Of a stretch of 64,000 nucleotides of DNA, positions 1 to 10,480 are shown piece after piece. The translations under genes were made by a program, and so were the position numbers. The DNA lies in NCBI GenBank assembly GCA_963691875.1, contig OY829846.1, positions 992,001 to 1,056,000 of the forward strand, written 5' to 3'. The notes under the pieces are model-generated. The model was given only the letters and a program-made list of their open reading frames with translations. It had not been told where the DNA came from and did no database searches. Source of the stretch: Aureliella sp. (GTDB lineage: Bacteria; Planctomycetota; Planctomycetia; Pirellulales; Pirellulaceae). Within the stretch, counting starts at the first letter, position 1. Every line of letters begins with the position of its first letter.

Positions 1-153
1 TCGCATCCGCCACGGATCCTGCCTTTCTTCATCTTCCTGTATCTCATTACCTTGGCTGTCCTTTCCACATTGATGTGGTCACGCGCCCTCGAGATTGCAG
101 CCGAGGACACGAATTCGCTGCCAAAGACGGATGACAATCAGCGGGAACTGTAG
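1..153 (+). CDS. 3' end of a membrane protein (partial, runs off the window)
   Basis: Frame 1 is open from base 1: SHPPRILPFFIFLYLITLAVLSTLMWSRALE...REL*, with one hydrophobic helix and TAG at 151-153. Confidence 0.5.
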   Translation, partial: SHPPRILPFFIFLYLITLAVLSTLMWSRALEIAAEDTNSLPKTDDNQREL

Positions 154-163
154 CACCTTGGTG

Positions 164-833
164 CTACTTTTCGACATATTTATTCGGATTCGTATTGAAC
201 ATCTTCATCTGATCTGAGCCTGGGAAATGGTATCTCTGGCCCATGAAGAAAGTTCCAAACTCTGTTTTGCCAGGCACCCGTTTTTGCATTTTCACTCTAC
301 ATTCAGTGCACGTGCGGCCACAGGCCAGATCGGGCTTCTCATAAACTTCGCTTTCCATCCGAACTTGGAAACAGAAATAACCTTCCGTCGCGAAACGAAG
401 TGAAGTGCGCAGTTCCTGGTGCACGCGTTTTCCGATCGACGTAGCAGACCACAAGGTCGCCATTGAGTGCAGAAGTATAGTGAGCCGAATTCTTCACAAA
501 CATGGCCGGCGCCTTTTCGTCGGCAAACAGATAGCGTTTGTTGTCCACATCTACGAAAAGCTGACTCTTGCCTTTTACCGACTTTTTGATTTCTAGAATG
601 CACACCGGGCAGTAGCCATCCAGTGCGATAGATACGCTCGTACTTCTCGAACCTGTCATTGGCTTGCCCATCATAGGCTTGGACGAGGAACTAGGCGTGG
701 TGGTTCAGCTCTGTGTTGAACTTGTACAACGCTCCAAGCCGAATTGTGAATTGACGTCTCCATCAAACAAAGAGCAAGCTGCAATAGCTACCAGGTGCAT
801 GGTAGTTGGAGATCTTAGGGCTTTAGAATTCAT
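164..833 (-). pseudogene. YHS-domain repeat protein, disrupted
   Basis: YHS-like units (ALDGYCPVC...GK...RYLFADE; GDLVVC...PG...GRLFLFPS; C..CRV...PGK...GQRYHFPG...KMFNTNPNKY) are split over ORFs 339-674 and 164-463 by a frameshift near 345. An in-frame TGA at 705-707 separates them from the ATG at 833. Confidence 0.7.
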
Positions 834-1163
834 GTTCGTTTCTTATCCTGTTTCTTAGAAAGGGCTATCGATCTGGCTATTGCCCTGTCCTCCCCAAGCG
901 TTTGAAAATAGAAGCGCAAATACAGAAGTGGCCACGGCAGCAGCATCTGACATGAAGTTAGACGGACAGAAAGACGGGGCCTTAAAAGCTCGTTGCAAGA
1001 AAACAGGTGAAGCAGATGCATGGGACCCATAGCTGTGGCAATTCACAAAAGGAACCAAAGTTGCTTTCCATGCTGCCGTGGACTCGAGGTGCTTTCAGGC
1101 TTGTCAATTCCCTGCATTCGCAATCAAATACTCCTACCGACAATCATTTACATGAGAAGAACC

Positions 1164-1547
1164 ATGAGCATCAAAGTAGTTAGTACAACGAAAGCCCCTG
1201 CAGCCATTGGACCCTATAGCCAAGCCGTAATCGCGAATGGAATGCTGTACGCCTCCGGACAGATTCCATTGGTCCCAGAGACCGGCGAGATCATAGAAGG
1301 CGGTTTCGGTGAACAAACGAAACAAGTGCTTGACAACCTGCGAGAAGTAGTCATTGCTGCGGGTAGCAGCCTCGCCAGTGTGGTCAAAGTAACGATTTAT
1401 ATCACCGACATGCAACAGTTTGCTACAGTTAATCAGATATACGACACATACTTCGCTGAACCCTATCCGGCACGGGCCTGCGTTCAAGTATCTGCGCTTC
1501 CCAAAGGCGTTGAAGTGGAAATGGATGCAATCGTGCAGTTAGATTAG
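1164..1547 (+). CDS. ridA: RidA/YjgF/YER057c/UK114 family enamine deaminase
   Basis: APAAIGPYSQA, SGQIP, YPARACVQVSALPKGVEVEMDA motifs. The start is placed at ATG 1164 (MSIKVV). Confidence 0.92.
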   Translation: MSIKVVSTTKAPAAIGPYSQAVIANGMLYASGQIPLVPETGEIIEGGFGEQTKQVLDNLREVVIAAGSSLASVVKVTIYITDMQQFATVNQIYDTYFAEPYPARACVQVSALPKGVEVEMDAIVQLD

Positions 1548-1856
1548 CGTCTTAGTGATTTGCGCAACGACTCAAGCTCGATGCCAGCAGGCTGCTTGGA
1601 CAGGAACATTCTTGAGAGCTCAACTCTAAGCCAATTTTATCCAGTCCTGACTGTCTTATGCGGAGCCGCGATTCCCTAAGCTAAAAGTTCCACGGAACTC
1701 ACTGCCGGATTCACAGGGAAACAAATCGCTATTGACGATTTTCGCAAGATCGAGAATGTACTGTAGGTCAATAGAGCGGTATTCCCTGTCCCACCTTCCC
1801 GCTCCTTTCACACCACTCTGTCAGTTCGCTGATTCCGAACTGCCGGTGAGAATCGA

Positions 1857-2341
1857 TCAAACTGTGGCTGCGTTTTCTTCAGTTCTCAAAACAAGTCTCA
1901 CTCTTGAGATCGAGAAATTCCCCAAGAGGGAGTTTTCGAAGACCACAGCAAAATCCTTGATCGTCATTAGACCGCATTCGGGTGCTAGTGTCGGTAGCGA
2001 AACATTGCTCGCGTTATGCAGCTCTACAAGTTCGAATGCGGCACACAACGTGTCAGTGTGAATTTGTTTCGACTAATCATAAAAAAGGGAGCAATCGACA
2101 TAGCGTGAATGATGTGATCAAAAGGCAAGCTGCTGCCTGAACCAATCGTCACTGGGTTCGCTGCTAAACCCTTGGCTCAGAGCCATCGTAGATGAGACTG
2201 CAATTCCTCTTGGGTTTTCGGTCAACGCTGAAGAATCGCTCCGTCTACTCCACGAGACATGTTAAGCCAAGGATTTGCACGCGAAACAAGTATCTCTGCA
2301 GCTGCCTACAGCAAATCGCCCTGTTCGACTGATACTTGCAT
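1857..2341 (-). pseudogene. Macro-domain (ADP-ribose-binding) protein, decayed
   Basis: Manual translation gives MQVSVEQGDLL*AAAEILVSRANPWLNMSRGVDGAILQR*...LPFDHIIHAMSIAPF(fs)...VSLPTLA. The macro-domain GD, N-x-x-L-x-x-x-x-GV-x-x-AI and HIIHA elements remain, with several stops and a frameshift. Confidence 0.75.
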
Positions 2342-2432
2342 CACCTAACTCCCCAATTAGTGCGCTCTGCCTCCTTTAGTTCTGCAAATTGCAAAGCTCA
2401 ACTGGAACATAACGCAACGCCAGACTTCTGCT

Positions 2433-3773
2433 CTATTCAAAACGATCAACTGGTACATCTGAAATCGTGAACTCAATACCCCACATCTCCTTTGCCTCTG
2501 GCACACTGTCCAGGCCTCGAGGATATGGCTTGAAGAGCAGGTCGACAGTTGTGATCTCCGGCGGAAGCTTTTTCCGAAGCGTCGTTTGGAATCCACCGGA
2601 ACCGATCGAGCTATTGGCGGTGGTATACCTGATCATGCTACCGAGCCGTTTCTCGAAGCCTTCAGCCTTTGCGAACACCTCATAGCTAAACGGTATGGAC
2701 GCGTTGAAGTCTTCCAGCACTAGCTTCATCTTCTGACGACCATTTTCCTGTTGTGCAACCAAGCGTTTCACCAAAATGACGGGCATTGTGCCAGTTGTTC
2801 GCAGTTTGACCACTGGGTCGTCATCGGCATAGATTTGAAATTCCTTCTTTAAGACTTCCGTCCACGTCCGTATGGGCTTGGGCCAGTTCCCCCTTGACAG
2901 TGACCGAGCCGAGATCCCGACAAGTTCATCACTATCAACCAAGGCGTAATCGATCTTCACTTCGAGTAGATGTTTTCCGACCGAGAATGGGCCTCCAATA
3001 TTGTCACTGCGACTATCGTCGAAGCGGTAATTGTTGTGCGTCAGCCTGACCTCACCATCCATGCGAACTTCCTTCAAGTCGCAGATTAGCTCAAAAGGAA
3101 AATCCTGGTTGTCCGCCCAGGTACTACCGAATCGGATATTCAATTGCAAATTCGAAGCTGACTCTCGTTGCCGATCCAGACTGAAATCTGGTTTTGGAAA
3201 AAACGCCAGATAAATATCCTCGAGCTCTTTGAGCGCTGATAACTCGCTATTGCTAACTGCGGAAACAAACTGGCCCGACCAGTGCAGAGGACTGTCATAC
3301 CCGTCAGGCTTCGTGGTGACCATGTGGTCGTGTAGCATACCTAATGCGGTCGTCACTTCTTCCTCAGAGAGCTCTTAATTAGCCAATCGCTTTTCAAGTT
3401 CCTGCCACACCCATGGCTCATCTATTTGGTTTTTTAGACTGCCATCGATCAGTTGCTTGTCCGTCTGAGCAGCGAGTCCCATTGGTCCAGTACGTTGCAC
3501 TTGGGTGTAGCCCAGTAGGGCAGTGGACACCAGACCGACAACTGGGCAAAAGGCAAGCAAGACCGCGAACACACGGATGCGCGATGGCGAATCAGAACGG
3601 CCCGCAAGAGCAACAATTAAAAAGATGGCTACCAAGTACGGGACAGCAATCGAGCCAATGCCAAGGATATCAATGGCAATTTCTGGATAGCTCAAGAATA
3701 GCTTTCCATACAGACCGCCACCGCAGCCGAGGACTAGAACTAGTAATAGCAAGCCGCGCATGCCAATCTGCAC
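2433..3773 (-). pseudogene. Membrane-anchored hypothetical protein interrupted by one in-frame TAA
   Basis: ORFs 3375-3773 (three hydrophobic helices) and 2433-3356 are in the same frame and read ...WQELEKRLAN*ELSEEEVTTALG... across the TAA at 3375-3377. Confidence 0.65.
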
Positions 3774-4409
3774 GGGCTTTCCTCGCAGTGGCTGCTTGGA
3801 TGCAGATGCACTATCATGCTCTTCATCCGATTTATCAGCGGGGATTGACCGGCGTATCTTTGGACACAGAACAAAACTCGAGTGGATGCAAGCTGTCGAA
3901 GGGACCTAATATATTATGGCCGATTCTTCACCGATTGTTGTCACCAGACCCTAAACGCCTACGCCTTTCGCTGATTGAATAAGCACAAGCAAAGTATCCT
4001 CCGCGTGAGCAAGGGAACCATTTTATCCCTCTCTGACGTGCGTCTGCTCGTTCTAACCTTGAAAGAATCGGCTTGAAGCTCGAGAAACGGCGTGTTCAAA
4101 TAGGTGAATCGTAGGGATGCATGATAGCTGTTGAAAGCCCGACTTTATACCCACAATCCGATTGAGAAGGGACAAAGCAAGACATAGGCATTCATGCCCG
4201 CGAATACATACAAAACAAACCGAATGCATGCCGCTTTGATCCAACGAGCAGGATGCTGGGTATGGTATTGTCGGAAGTCTTGCTCATTCTAGCTGTCCGC
4301 TTTCCGCTGCCGATCTACGTGAAGCCGCCGGTATTGATCGTCCTTGCTTAACTGCCGTATCTCTTTTTAAACTCATAGACAAGCTTGTTTTCAAGACGGA
4401 GTCAAAATC

Positions 4410-4694
4410 ATGACAGCGCAACAAGTGACAGGCGTTTTACTTCTGTTCCTGGGTGTCGCTTGCGTCTACGTAGCGATCGAACGCTACCAGTCAAATGCGG
4501 ATGCTGTGAAGGCGATGAATCAACGCGGTGGCAGGCTGTTTGAGGCGATGACCGGTGGAGAAGGCCTTGTGCCGAAAATTCCTCTGGCAACAAAACAGGC
4601 TTTGGTCGGCGCACTATTGTTCGGAGCTGGCGGTACTGCTTGCCTGCTTACCGCAAGAGCGAATAAACGTAAACGCTCGGATGCTCAAGCGTAA
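4410..4694 (+). CDS. Small two-helix membrane protein, hypothetical
   Basis: 94 aa, GGAG ribosome site upstream, two hydrophobic segments and a basic tail. Confidence 0.7.
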   Translation: MTAQQVTGVLLLFLGVACVYVAIERYQSNADAVKAMNQRGGRLFEAMTGGEGLVPKIPLATKQALVGALLFGAGGTACLLTARANKRKRSDAQA

Positions 4695-4725
4695 TTTTCA
4701 TTCTGCTAGAAGGTCTGCTCGGCGA

Positions 4726-5472
4726 TCACTCGTCCTCCCCTTGCTCTTCCGTGGGCTGAGTATGTTGTGCAGATTCGGCCTCAGACCCCTCTTCGACATC
4801 AGCGCCACCAGTTTCAGTTACGCCTTCCTCTGCCTCCTCCACTTTTTGCTTTGCAAGCGGCAAATAAACTTCCTGTCCAATTGCACGTATCTTCTCACGC
4901 AGGACTTTGTATCCCACGTCTGCGGGGAAAGCGCCGAATTCAACTTGCGAATCGTCCTCGGCCGAAACCAATTTGCCAGATACCGATTCATTTTCTAAAC
5001 GCTGAATCTCAAATTCGACCGTACCGACTTTTTCTTGAGCATTCGTCACGAACCGAAATGAGATAATTTTCAAAGCTCCCTCACTCGGATAAAAACGCTC
5101 ATCTGAACCGGCAGTCAATATCGCATGAATCATGTAATCATCGAACTGCATCGTTTCCAAAGTGAAATTATTCCGAATCGCTCCTTCGTTTCGCATCGCG
5201 TCAATGGCTTGCTTGCCATTTGAATAGGCGGTTTCATAATCTTCCCTACTAATCGCCTGAGCAGTTTCGCGGAACAGCGAAAAGGAAATGTAGGGTCCGC
5301 CCGCACTGACTTCCCCAAGATCGACGTCCCCGGGCAGCAGAGCAGATTCATCTGGATCATCGGTGAATTCTTCAACAGAGTTACTCGCTTGAAACGATGA
5401 GTAATCGCAGCCCAACTGAAGGACGAGCGGGGCAACTATCAAGCACCCTATCAAAGAAAGAGGTTTAGTCAT
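4726..5472 (-). CDS. Putative lipoprotein, hypothetical
   Basis: Signal peptide ending in LQLGC (lipobox-like) and an acidic C-terminal tail. Confidence 0.7.
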   Translation of the reverse strand: MTKPLSLIGCLIVAPLVLQLGCDYSSFQASNSVEEFTDDPDESALLPGDVDLGEVSAGGPYISFSLFRETAQAISREDYETAYSNGKQAIDAMRNEGAIRNNFTLETMQFDDYMIHAILTAGSDERFYPSEGALKIISFRFVTNAQEKVGTVEFEIQRLENESVSGKLVSAEDDSQVEFGAFPADVGYKVLREKIRAIGQEVYLPLAKQKVEEAEEGVTETGGADVEEGSEAESAQHTQPTEEQGEDE

Positions 5473-5733
5473 CGGGCAGGTTTTCCTTCGAATAGAAAAA
5501 ACCGCAGTTTACCCCATGAAAGGACACACCTGCGATGTAAAGTTGATTTTTGGCACGTCCAATCAAAGTCCCTGTTTGCCTTGCATTCTTCTGGCCATCC
5601 GTGTGTTTCGGATAAGAATCTGGTATAGATGAAGAACGCCTGTTCATTGACAGCATCTTTCGCTACCCAACATGAACGGCCAGTTAGAATCCTTTTCAAA
5701 TCCAACGATCACTTACGAACGAGGAGACGCACA

Positions 5734-7005
5734 GTGCGTCAATTCTCTAGCCCATCCCTTCCGATCTTTACTTTAATCCTGTTCGCCGGTCCATGCAGCT
5801 GTCTGGCTGAGGACTGGGCACGTTTTCGTGGAGCCAACGGGCAAGGTATCTCGACTGAGTCGAACCTTCCATTGCTTTGGAACGCAGCAGAGGGCGAACC
5901 AGAAAAGAATATCGCGTGGAAGGTCAAGCTGACCACTACAGGTTGGTCCTCGCCGATTGTCGCGGGTGACTCGGTCTTTGTGACGGGAACCACCGGAGAA
6001 GGCAAGAAGTGCCACGTGATTCGAGTGCGTTGTTCTGATGGAAAAGTACTTTGGGACAAGGAAGTTCACACTCAAGAGACCTTCAAGATGCGTCGAGCAA
6101 ATAGTTACGCGACACCAACGCCAGTTAGCGATGGGAAACGCCTTTACGCAGTCCTCTTTGACGGGACTGCGGTTGCGATGGATTTCGAGGGCAAAGTCCT
6201 GTGGAAGAATGCAGACTTTGACTTCTATAGTCTCCACGGTCTTGGAGCTTCACCGGTCTTGGCAGGCGACCTATTGATCATGCCCTTTGATGGTAGCAGT
6301 CGTGAGGAAAACACACTCGGCTGGAAAGAACCTTGGGATCAAGCTGCTCTGGTTGCTTGGGATTGTTCCAGCGGCGAAGTGCGTTGGGTGGGACATCGGG
6401 AATCGTCACGCGTCGGGCACGTTACGCCGATCTTGATTGAGAATGGAAAGCGAGTCGTGTCAGCTGGCGGAGACCGCGTGCAAGCCTTTGATACCGCAAC
6501 CGGTGAGCGGATATGGTCGGTATACAGCCAAGGTGAGGGAGTGACGCCATCACCAGTGGTTGGCGGTGGTTTGATCTTCACGTCGTCTGGATTCGAAGAG
6601 CCAACCATTCGGGCAATTCGCCCTGGTGGGAAAGGTGACGTCACGACGTCTCATATTGCGTGGGAACAAAAACGTGGGGTCCCTGCCTTGCCCTCTTTTC
6701 TCTACGTTAAACCGCATTTGTATTCAATCACGCGAGACAATATTCTTCACTGTCTAGAAGCAGAGACAGGAGACGTTGTTTGGCAAAAGCGGCTAGTGGG
6801 AACATACTCCGCTTCCCCGCTGTTCGCCGAAGGGCGAATCTATATCACTTCCGAAGAAGGTCTCACCACGACCTTTGCCCCTGGAAAAGAGTACAAGGAA
6901 CTTGGGCAGAGCCGAGTCAGCGGAGTTTGTAAAGCTTCGATTGCCGTTTCTGGTGGCAAGTTCTTCATTCGCTCAAGTGAATATCTGTATTGCATTGGAA
7001 AGTAA
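5734..7005 (+). CDS. PQQ-binding-like beta-propeller protein (BamB-like, planctomycete family)
   Basis: EDWARFRG, NIAWKVKL..GWSSPIV, SYATPTPVSDG and repeated G..W units. GAGGAG lies before GTG 5734. Confidence 0.9.
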   Translation: MRQFSSPSLPIFTLILFAGPCSCLAEDWARFRGANGQGISTESNLPLLWNAAEGEPEKNIAWKVKLTTTGWSSPIVAGDSVFVTGTTGEGKKCHVIRVRCSDGKVLWDKEVHTQETFKMRRANSYATPTPVSDGKRLYAVLFDGTAVAMDFEGKVLWKNADFDFYSLHGLGASPVLAGDLLIMPFDGSSREENTLGWKEPWDQAALVAWDCSSGEVRWVGHRESSRVGHVTPILIENGKRVVSAGGDRVQAFDTATGERIWSVYSQGEGVTPSPVVGGGLIFTSSGFEEPTIRAIRPGGKGDVTTSHIAWEQKRGVPALPSFLYVKPHLYSITRDNILHCLEAETGDVVWQKRLVGTYSASPLFAEGRIYITSEEGLTTTFAPGKEYKELGQSRVSGVCKASIAVSGGKFFIRSSEYLYCIGK

Positions 7006-7057
7006 CTGCGATATTCGAAACTGAAACAGCTACAAATCAGAACGCTTTGAGTCGGAG

Positions 7058-7275
7058 ATGAAACAACCGATCGTTGGATCCCCAGCGATGAGGACGACAA
7101 ATGGGTGGCGGAGTTAGCCTACGGGCACTGCCAGCATGTTCCACATCAACCGCAACTCGTATCTCGCGAGTGGGTAACCAAAAATGAAGGCTGAGAATCT
7201 AAATTCAGCCCAAAACTGGAATGAACCGGAATGCAAGAAGTGCGAAGACGGGGTTCCTGTTGACACTCCTTTTAC
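7058..7275 (+). pseudogene. DUF3565-like small protein, decayed
   Basis: MKQPIVG(fs)SDEDDKWVAELAYGHCQHVPHQPQLVSREWVTKNEG*...ECKKCEDG matches the DUF3565 pattern (WVAEL.CGH.QHVRH.PP...WV...C.KC) as recalled, with frameshifts and stops. Confidence 0.7.
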
Positions 7276-7317
7276 TGCCTGAGTATCGCCGCCAAATGCT
7301 GCCAGTACAGCTGGAAA

Positions 7318-9516
7318 CTATTTCTCCAGCAGCCACCCCAGGTTGAGTTTCGAAACTTGCTCGAGAAAAGTTCCAGCGTGAGATGCTTCAAAGCACTGCT
7401 TTGCAATTGGATCGATGCTGGCTTCACCTGCAACTTGAATTGAACTGGTAGCATTCAAACCAAGTAAGACAGGCAAGTCGCCATAACGTACTGCACCAGG
7501 TAGAAACTGCGGATGCAGATAGTCCTTCAAACTTGCAAATCGAAAACCCTCGGTGTCCAAGGCAATTCGATGAATAAGATCACTCGCAACGACACCGGTC
7601 AACAACGCAACTGTTCCCGTACCGTTTGCTGCTCGAATAGACACACGCTGAGGTGCATGTTCGTCGTTCGTAACGTAGCTTAGCAGTGCCAGGCAGTCGT
7701 GGGTACGTTGCGCCAGGAGCGTATCGTTGTAGCAGAAGGAATAACTCGCGGCCTCTCTTGGATTCTTCACTTTCCGCTGACGTGATACTTTTTGGCCATT
7801 CCGCAGGAATTCGCCTTGCTGGAAAAGGTCGGGACTAATTACTGCTGCGCCGGAAAGCACCAAAGCCTCAACTTCAGCCGATAGACTTCCATTATCGTCG
7901 AACATAGAAGATTTCCCCTCGGCGTCGAGCCAGATGATCACGTCACCCGACCATTGGTTCGTCTTCGGATAAACAGACACGATTGGAAACTCTTCAGCCT
8001 CGTCCTCACTGCGAAGCCTATCGGTGAAAAGCCAATAGTTGGCCAGTTCATGCTTTTCGCCTTTAACGCGACTAACCTTACCAGCTGCTGGCAGTTTACG
8101 CCCGACAATCAAGCGAAAGGCTTCGCCGATCGTATCGTTGAACCTTTGAAACTCGGCCTTAGAGTTTGGCAGCAGGCTCTGCAGTTGGCGTTCCGCTTCT
8201 TCGGCTAAGTACTTCGTGAGAGACCGTTCGTAAGCTTCTCCTCCGCCGGGCTGCGGATGAGCGTCATTCCAAACTGCGGCTTCGGATTTGGTGAGCGGCA
8301 CAAAATCCTTTTCAACTATATCAATCAGGTCCAATCGCAAGTGCTTGTTGAACCAGCGATACATAGTTGCACGCGACTGGTAGTTGTAGTTGTGAGGAAA
8401 CTCGAGCAAAGGTCGGCAATAAACATTCTGCTCCTCCCCCAAAATGGAATACAACTCTTTCAAACTCGGATAGCCCCGAGTCATCATGTTACGCGTCCAG
8501 TCATCAGCGGCAGTCATCGCTTGCGGCTTTGGCGCAAACAACGCGGCCAATTCCACGTTGCCCGTACCAATCCGCAACAAGGAGCAATTCTCGCAAGTGC
8601 AGCCACCTTGCATTGACGTTGAGACCATTCCGTTGGGAAACGCAGCAATTGGTCGATCGTCAATCGCGCACAGCAGAATGGTTTGCGTTCCGCCACCGCT
8701 ACCACCTGTCACTGCAATTCGTGACGCATCGACATCAGGCAACAGTTCGAGGAAATCCAGACATCGAATCGAGTTCCAAGTTTGAACTCCCATGATACTT
8801 TGCAGGTTGGATTCCGCTTGGCAACTAAAGAATCCCCAGCTCTCACTATTCTCCATCTCAGGCCGTTGCGTCTTGAAGCGATGCGCTAAGTCGTAGGAGA
8901 TCTGTTGGCTGTCTTCGTAGCCGAGCATGTCGAAAATGAACACAACGCAGCCCATCCGAGCGAGTTGAACGCAGCGGGCCAGTTTTGGGAAGCGGCCTGA
9001 CTCAGCGAACTTCTCAGCACCCGATGCCAGCAGCTCCGGCATCTTGTCGGCACCGTAGTCTTGCATCCTACCGCCGTGTCCATGTGGACAAAGTACCGCA
9101 GGGCGTTTGCCGCTCTTACCATCGTCGGGACGGAACAGGAGTCCTGTAACAAAATGGTTTGGTACAGACTCGAAGTAGACCTTTTCTACCGTGAAGCCAT
9201 CGCGCTGCACGCGCCCGTGCACCACCGGCTTCATCGGAGTACGCCGGGGCAACTCCGGCCACAAACCAGTCGCAAGCAAGACTTGCTTGCGCAATCTCTC
9301 CTTCCTGGATTTCCAATGTGAGACGCTGTTTGGAACCTCGAAAGGAAAATAACCGTCCAGATCCATCATCGGCCCCAGCCGGCGATCTTTCGGCAGCTCG
9401 CCTTCTGCGTAGACTCGCATGTCCTGCGCGTGAGTCAAAGAGCCATTGACGACTAGAAGAACTAAAGGAAATAACAAGCGTCTGCAAAGCGATCGCGACA
9501 TCACGTATTCCTGCAT
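7318..9516 (-). CDS. Secreted acetylxylan-esterase-like alpha/beta hydrolase
   Basis: Signal peptide, PAVLCPHGH, nucleophile elbow VTGGSGGG, GGCTCEN and PHNY. The real start may be ATG 9501. Confidence 0.85.
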   Translation of the reverse strand: MQEYVMSRSLCRRLLFPLVLLVVNGSLTHAQDMRVYAEGELPKDRRLGPMMDLDGYFPFEVPNSVSHWKSRKERLRKQVLLATGLWPELPRRTPMKPVVHGRVQRDGFTVEKVYFESVPNHFVTGLLFRPDDGKSGKRPAVLCPHGHGGRMQDYGADKMPELLASGAEKFAESGRFPKLARCVQLARMGCVVFIFDMLGYEDSQQISYDLAHRFKTQRPEMENSESWGFFSCQAESNLQSIMGVQTWNSIRCLDFLELLPDVDASRIAVTGGSGGGTQTILLCAIDDRPIAAFPNGMVSTSMQGGCTCENCSLLRIGTGNVELAALFAPKPQAMTAADDWTRNMMTRGYPSLKELYSILGEEQNVYCRPLLEFPHNYNYQSRATMYRWFNKHLRLDLIDIVEKDFVPLTKSEAAVWNDAHPQPGGGEAYERSLTKYLAEEAERQLQSLLPNSKAEFQRFNDTIGEAFRLIVGRKLPAAGKVSRVKGEKHELANYWLFTDRLRSEDEAEEFPIVSVYPKTNQWSGDVIIWLDAEGKSSMFDDNGSLSAEVEALVLSGAAVISPDLFQQGEFLRNGQKVSRQRKVKNPREAASYSFCYNDTLLAQRTHDCLALLSYVTNDEHAPQRVSIRAANGTGTVALLTGVVASDLIHRIALDTEGFRFASLKDYLHPQFLPGAVRYGDLPVLLGLNATSSIQVAGEASIDPIAKQCFEASHAGTFLEQVSKLNLGWLLEK

Positions 9517-9581
9517 CGGAGAGAACAGCAGTTATGGGAAGGTAGCAGGCGGCGAAAAGTCAGCCGCATTTCCGCCTCAGC

Positions 9582-10307
9582 TTACTTGATTGCAATCATG
9601 GATACAAAATTGAAGCAACGAAACCAGCAGGAAAATTGACGAAAGCCCCCTTTAAGAAGACGCTCGCGGTGTGTTTCAATTGTTTCAGGCAGCAAGGTTC
9701 TTTCGAGCGAGGAACGTTTTTGGGTTACTTCCAAAGCCGAGTAGCCGTTGGCCCTTTTGAATGCATGATGCAGATCAACCATCAAACTCTGCTCGCCCTC
9801 CGAGTCAAACTGCACTTTCTCAGAAAGTACCAAAGCTCCTCCCTCGCACAGCGAATCCGCAACGCGCGAAAGCAATTCCCCACGCTGCTCAATCGGAATG
9901 AATTGCAAAGTGAAATTCAAGACTGCAAAACAACACGGCTCAAACTCGACTGACATCACGTCCTGAAGATGCAAGTTGACCTTGGCGGCATCAGCCGGCC
10001 AGTCTGACATAATCTTCCTCAGTCGTTCGATCATCGCCTGGGAGGAATCAATTGCCTCGATCTCGCAACTGGGCGGAACCACTTCGGCCATCGGCAGCGT
10101 ACAGGCTCCCAGCGAACAACCGATATCGTAGATCCGCCCGCCCGGACGCGAATACTGTTGAGCGAGTTCTGTCGTCATGGAAACAATCGAACTGTAGCCA
10201 GGCACCGAACGCTGGATCATATCGGGGAAAACTTCAACGACTTTCTCGTCGAATACAAAGTTACCGACTTTTCCAAGTGGCATCGCGTAGATGCGATCAG
10301 AACTCAT
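9582..10307 (-). CDS. cmoA: Carboxy-S-adenosyl-L-methionine synthase
   Basis: FVFDEKVVEVFPDMIQRSVPGY, YDIGCSLG, LNFTLQF, FKRANGYS.LE..QKR and WFRCFNF. Confidence 0.95.
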   Translation of the reverse strand: MSSDRIYAMPLGKVGNFVFDEKVVEVFPDMIQRSVPGYSSIVSMTTELAQQYSRPGGRIYDIGCSLGACTLPMAEVVPPSCEIEAIDSSQAMIERLRKIMSDWPADAAKVNLHLQDVMSVEFEPCCFAVLNFTLQFIPIEQRGELLSRVADSLCEGGALVLSEKVQFDSEGEQSLMVDLHHAFKRANGYSALEVTQKRSSLERTLLPETIETHRERLLKGGFRQFSCWFRCFNFVSMIAIK

Positions 10308-10480
10308 TCAAGGGCCTCAAGATTCAGGTAACTCTAATCCAATGCTGCAGTGATAACGTCGCTGGCAGTTTTTCGCAATCGCTGCCACCGAAGCTTGATT
10401 GTCCCGGACAACTCGAACAAAGAAGATGCGGTGTACGGTTTGGGCTGTGGTAACCCATTGCGTCGTACTGGAACGATTAA

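Noticed and set aside
705..707. In-frame TGA as selenocysteine
   Set aside because: It lies in a Ser/Thr-rich linker rather than a Cys position, and the same gene also has a frameshift.
3980..4400. Possible further gene remnant
   Set aside because: Manual translation gave no recognisable family.
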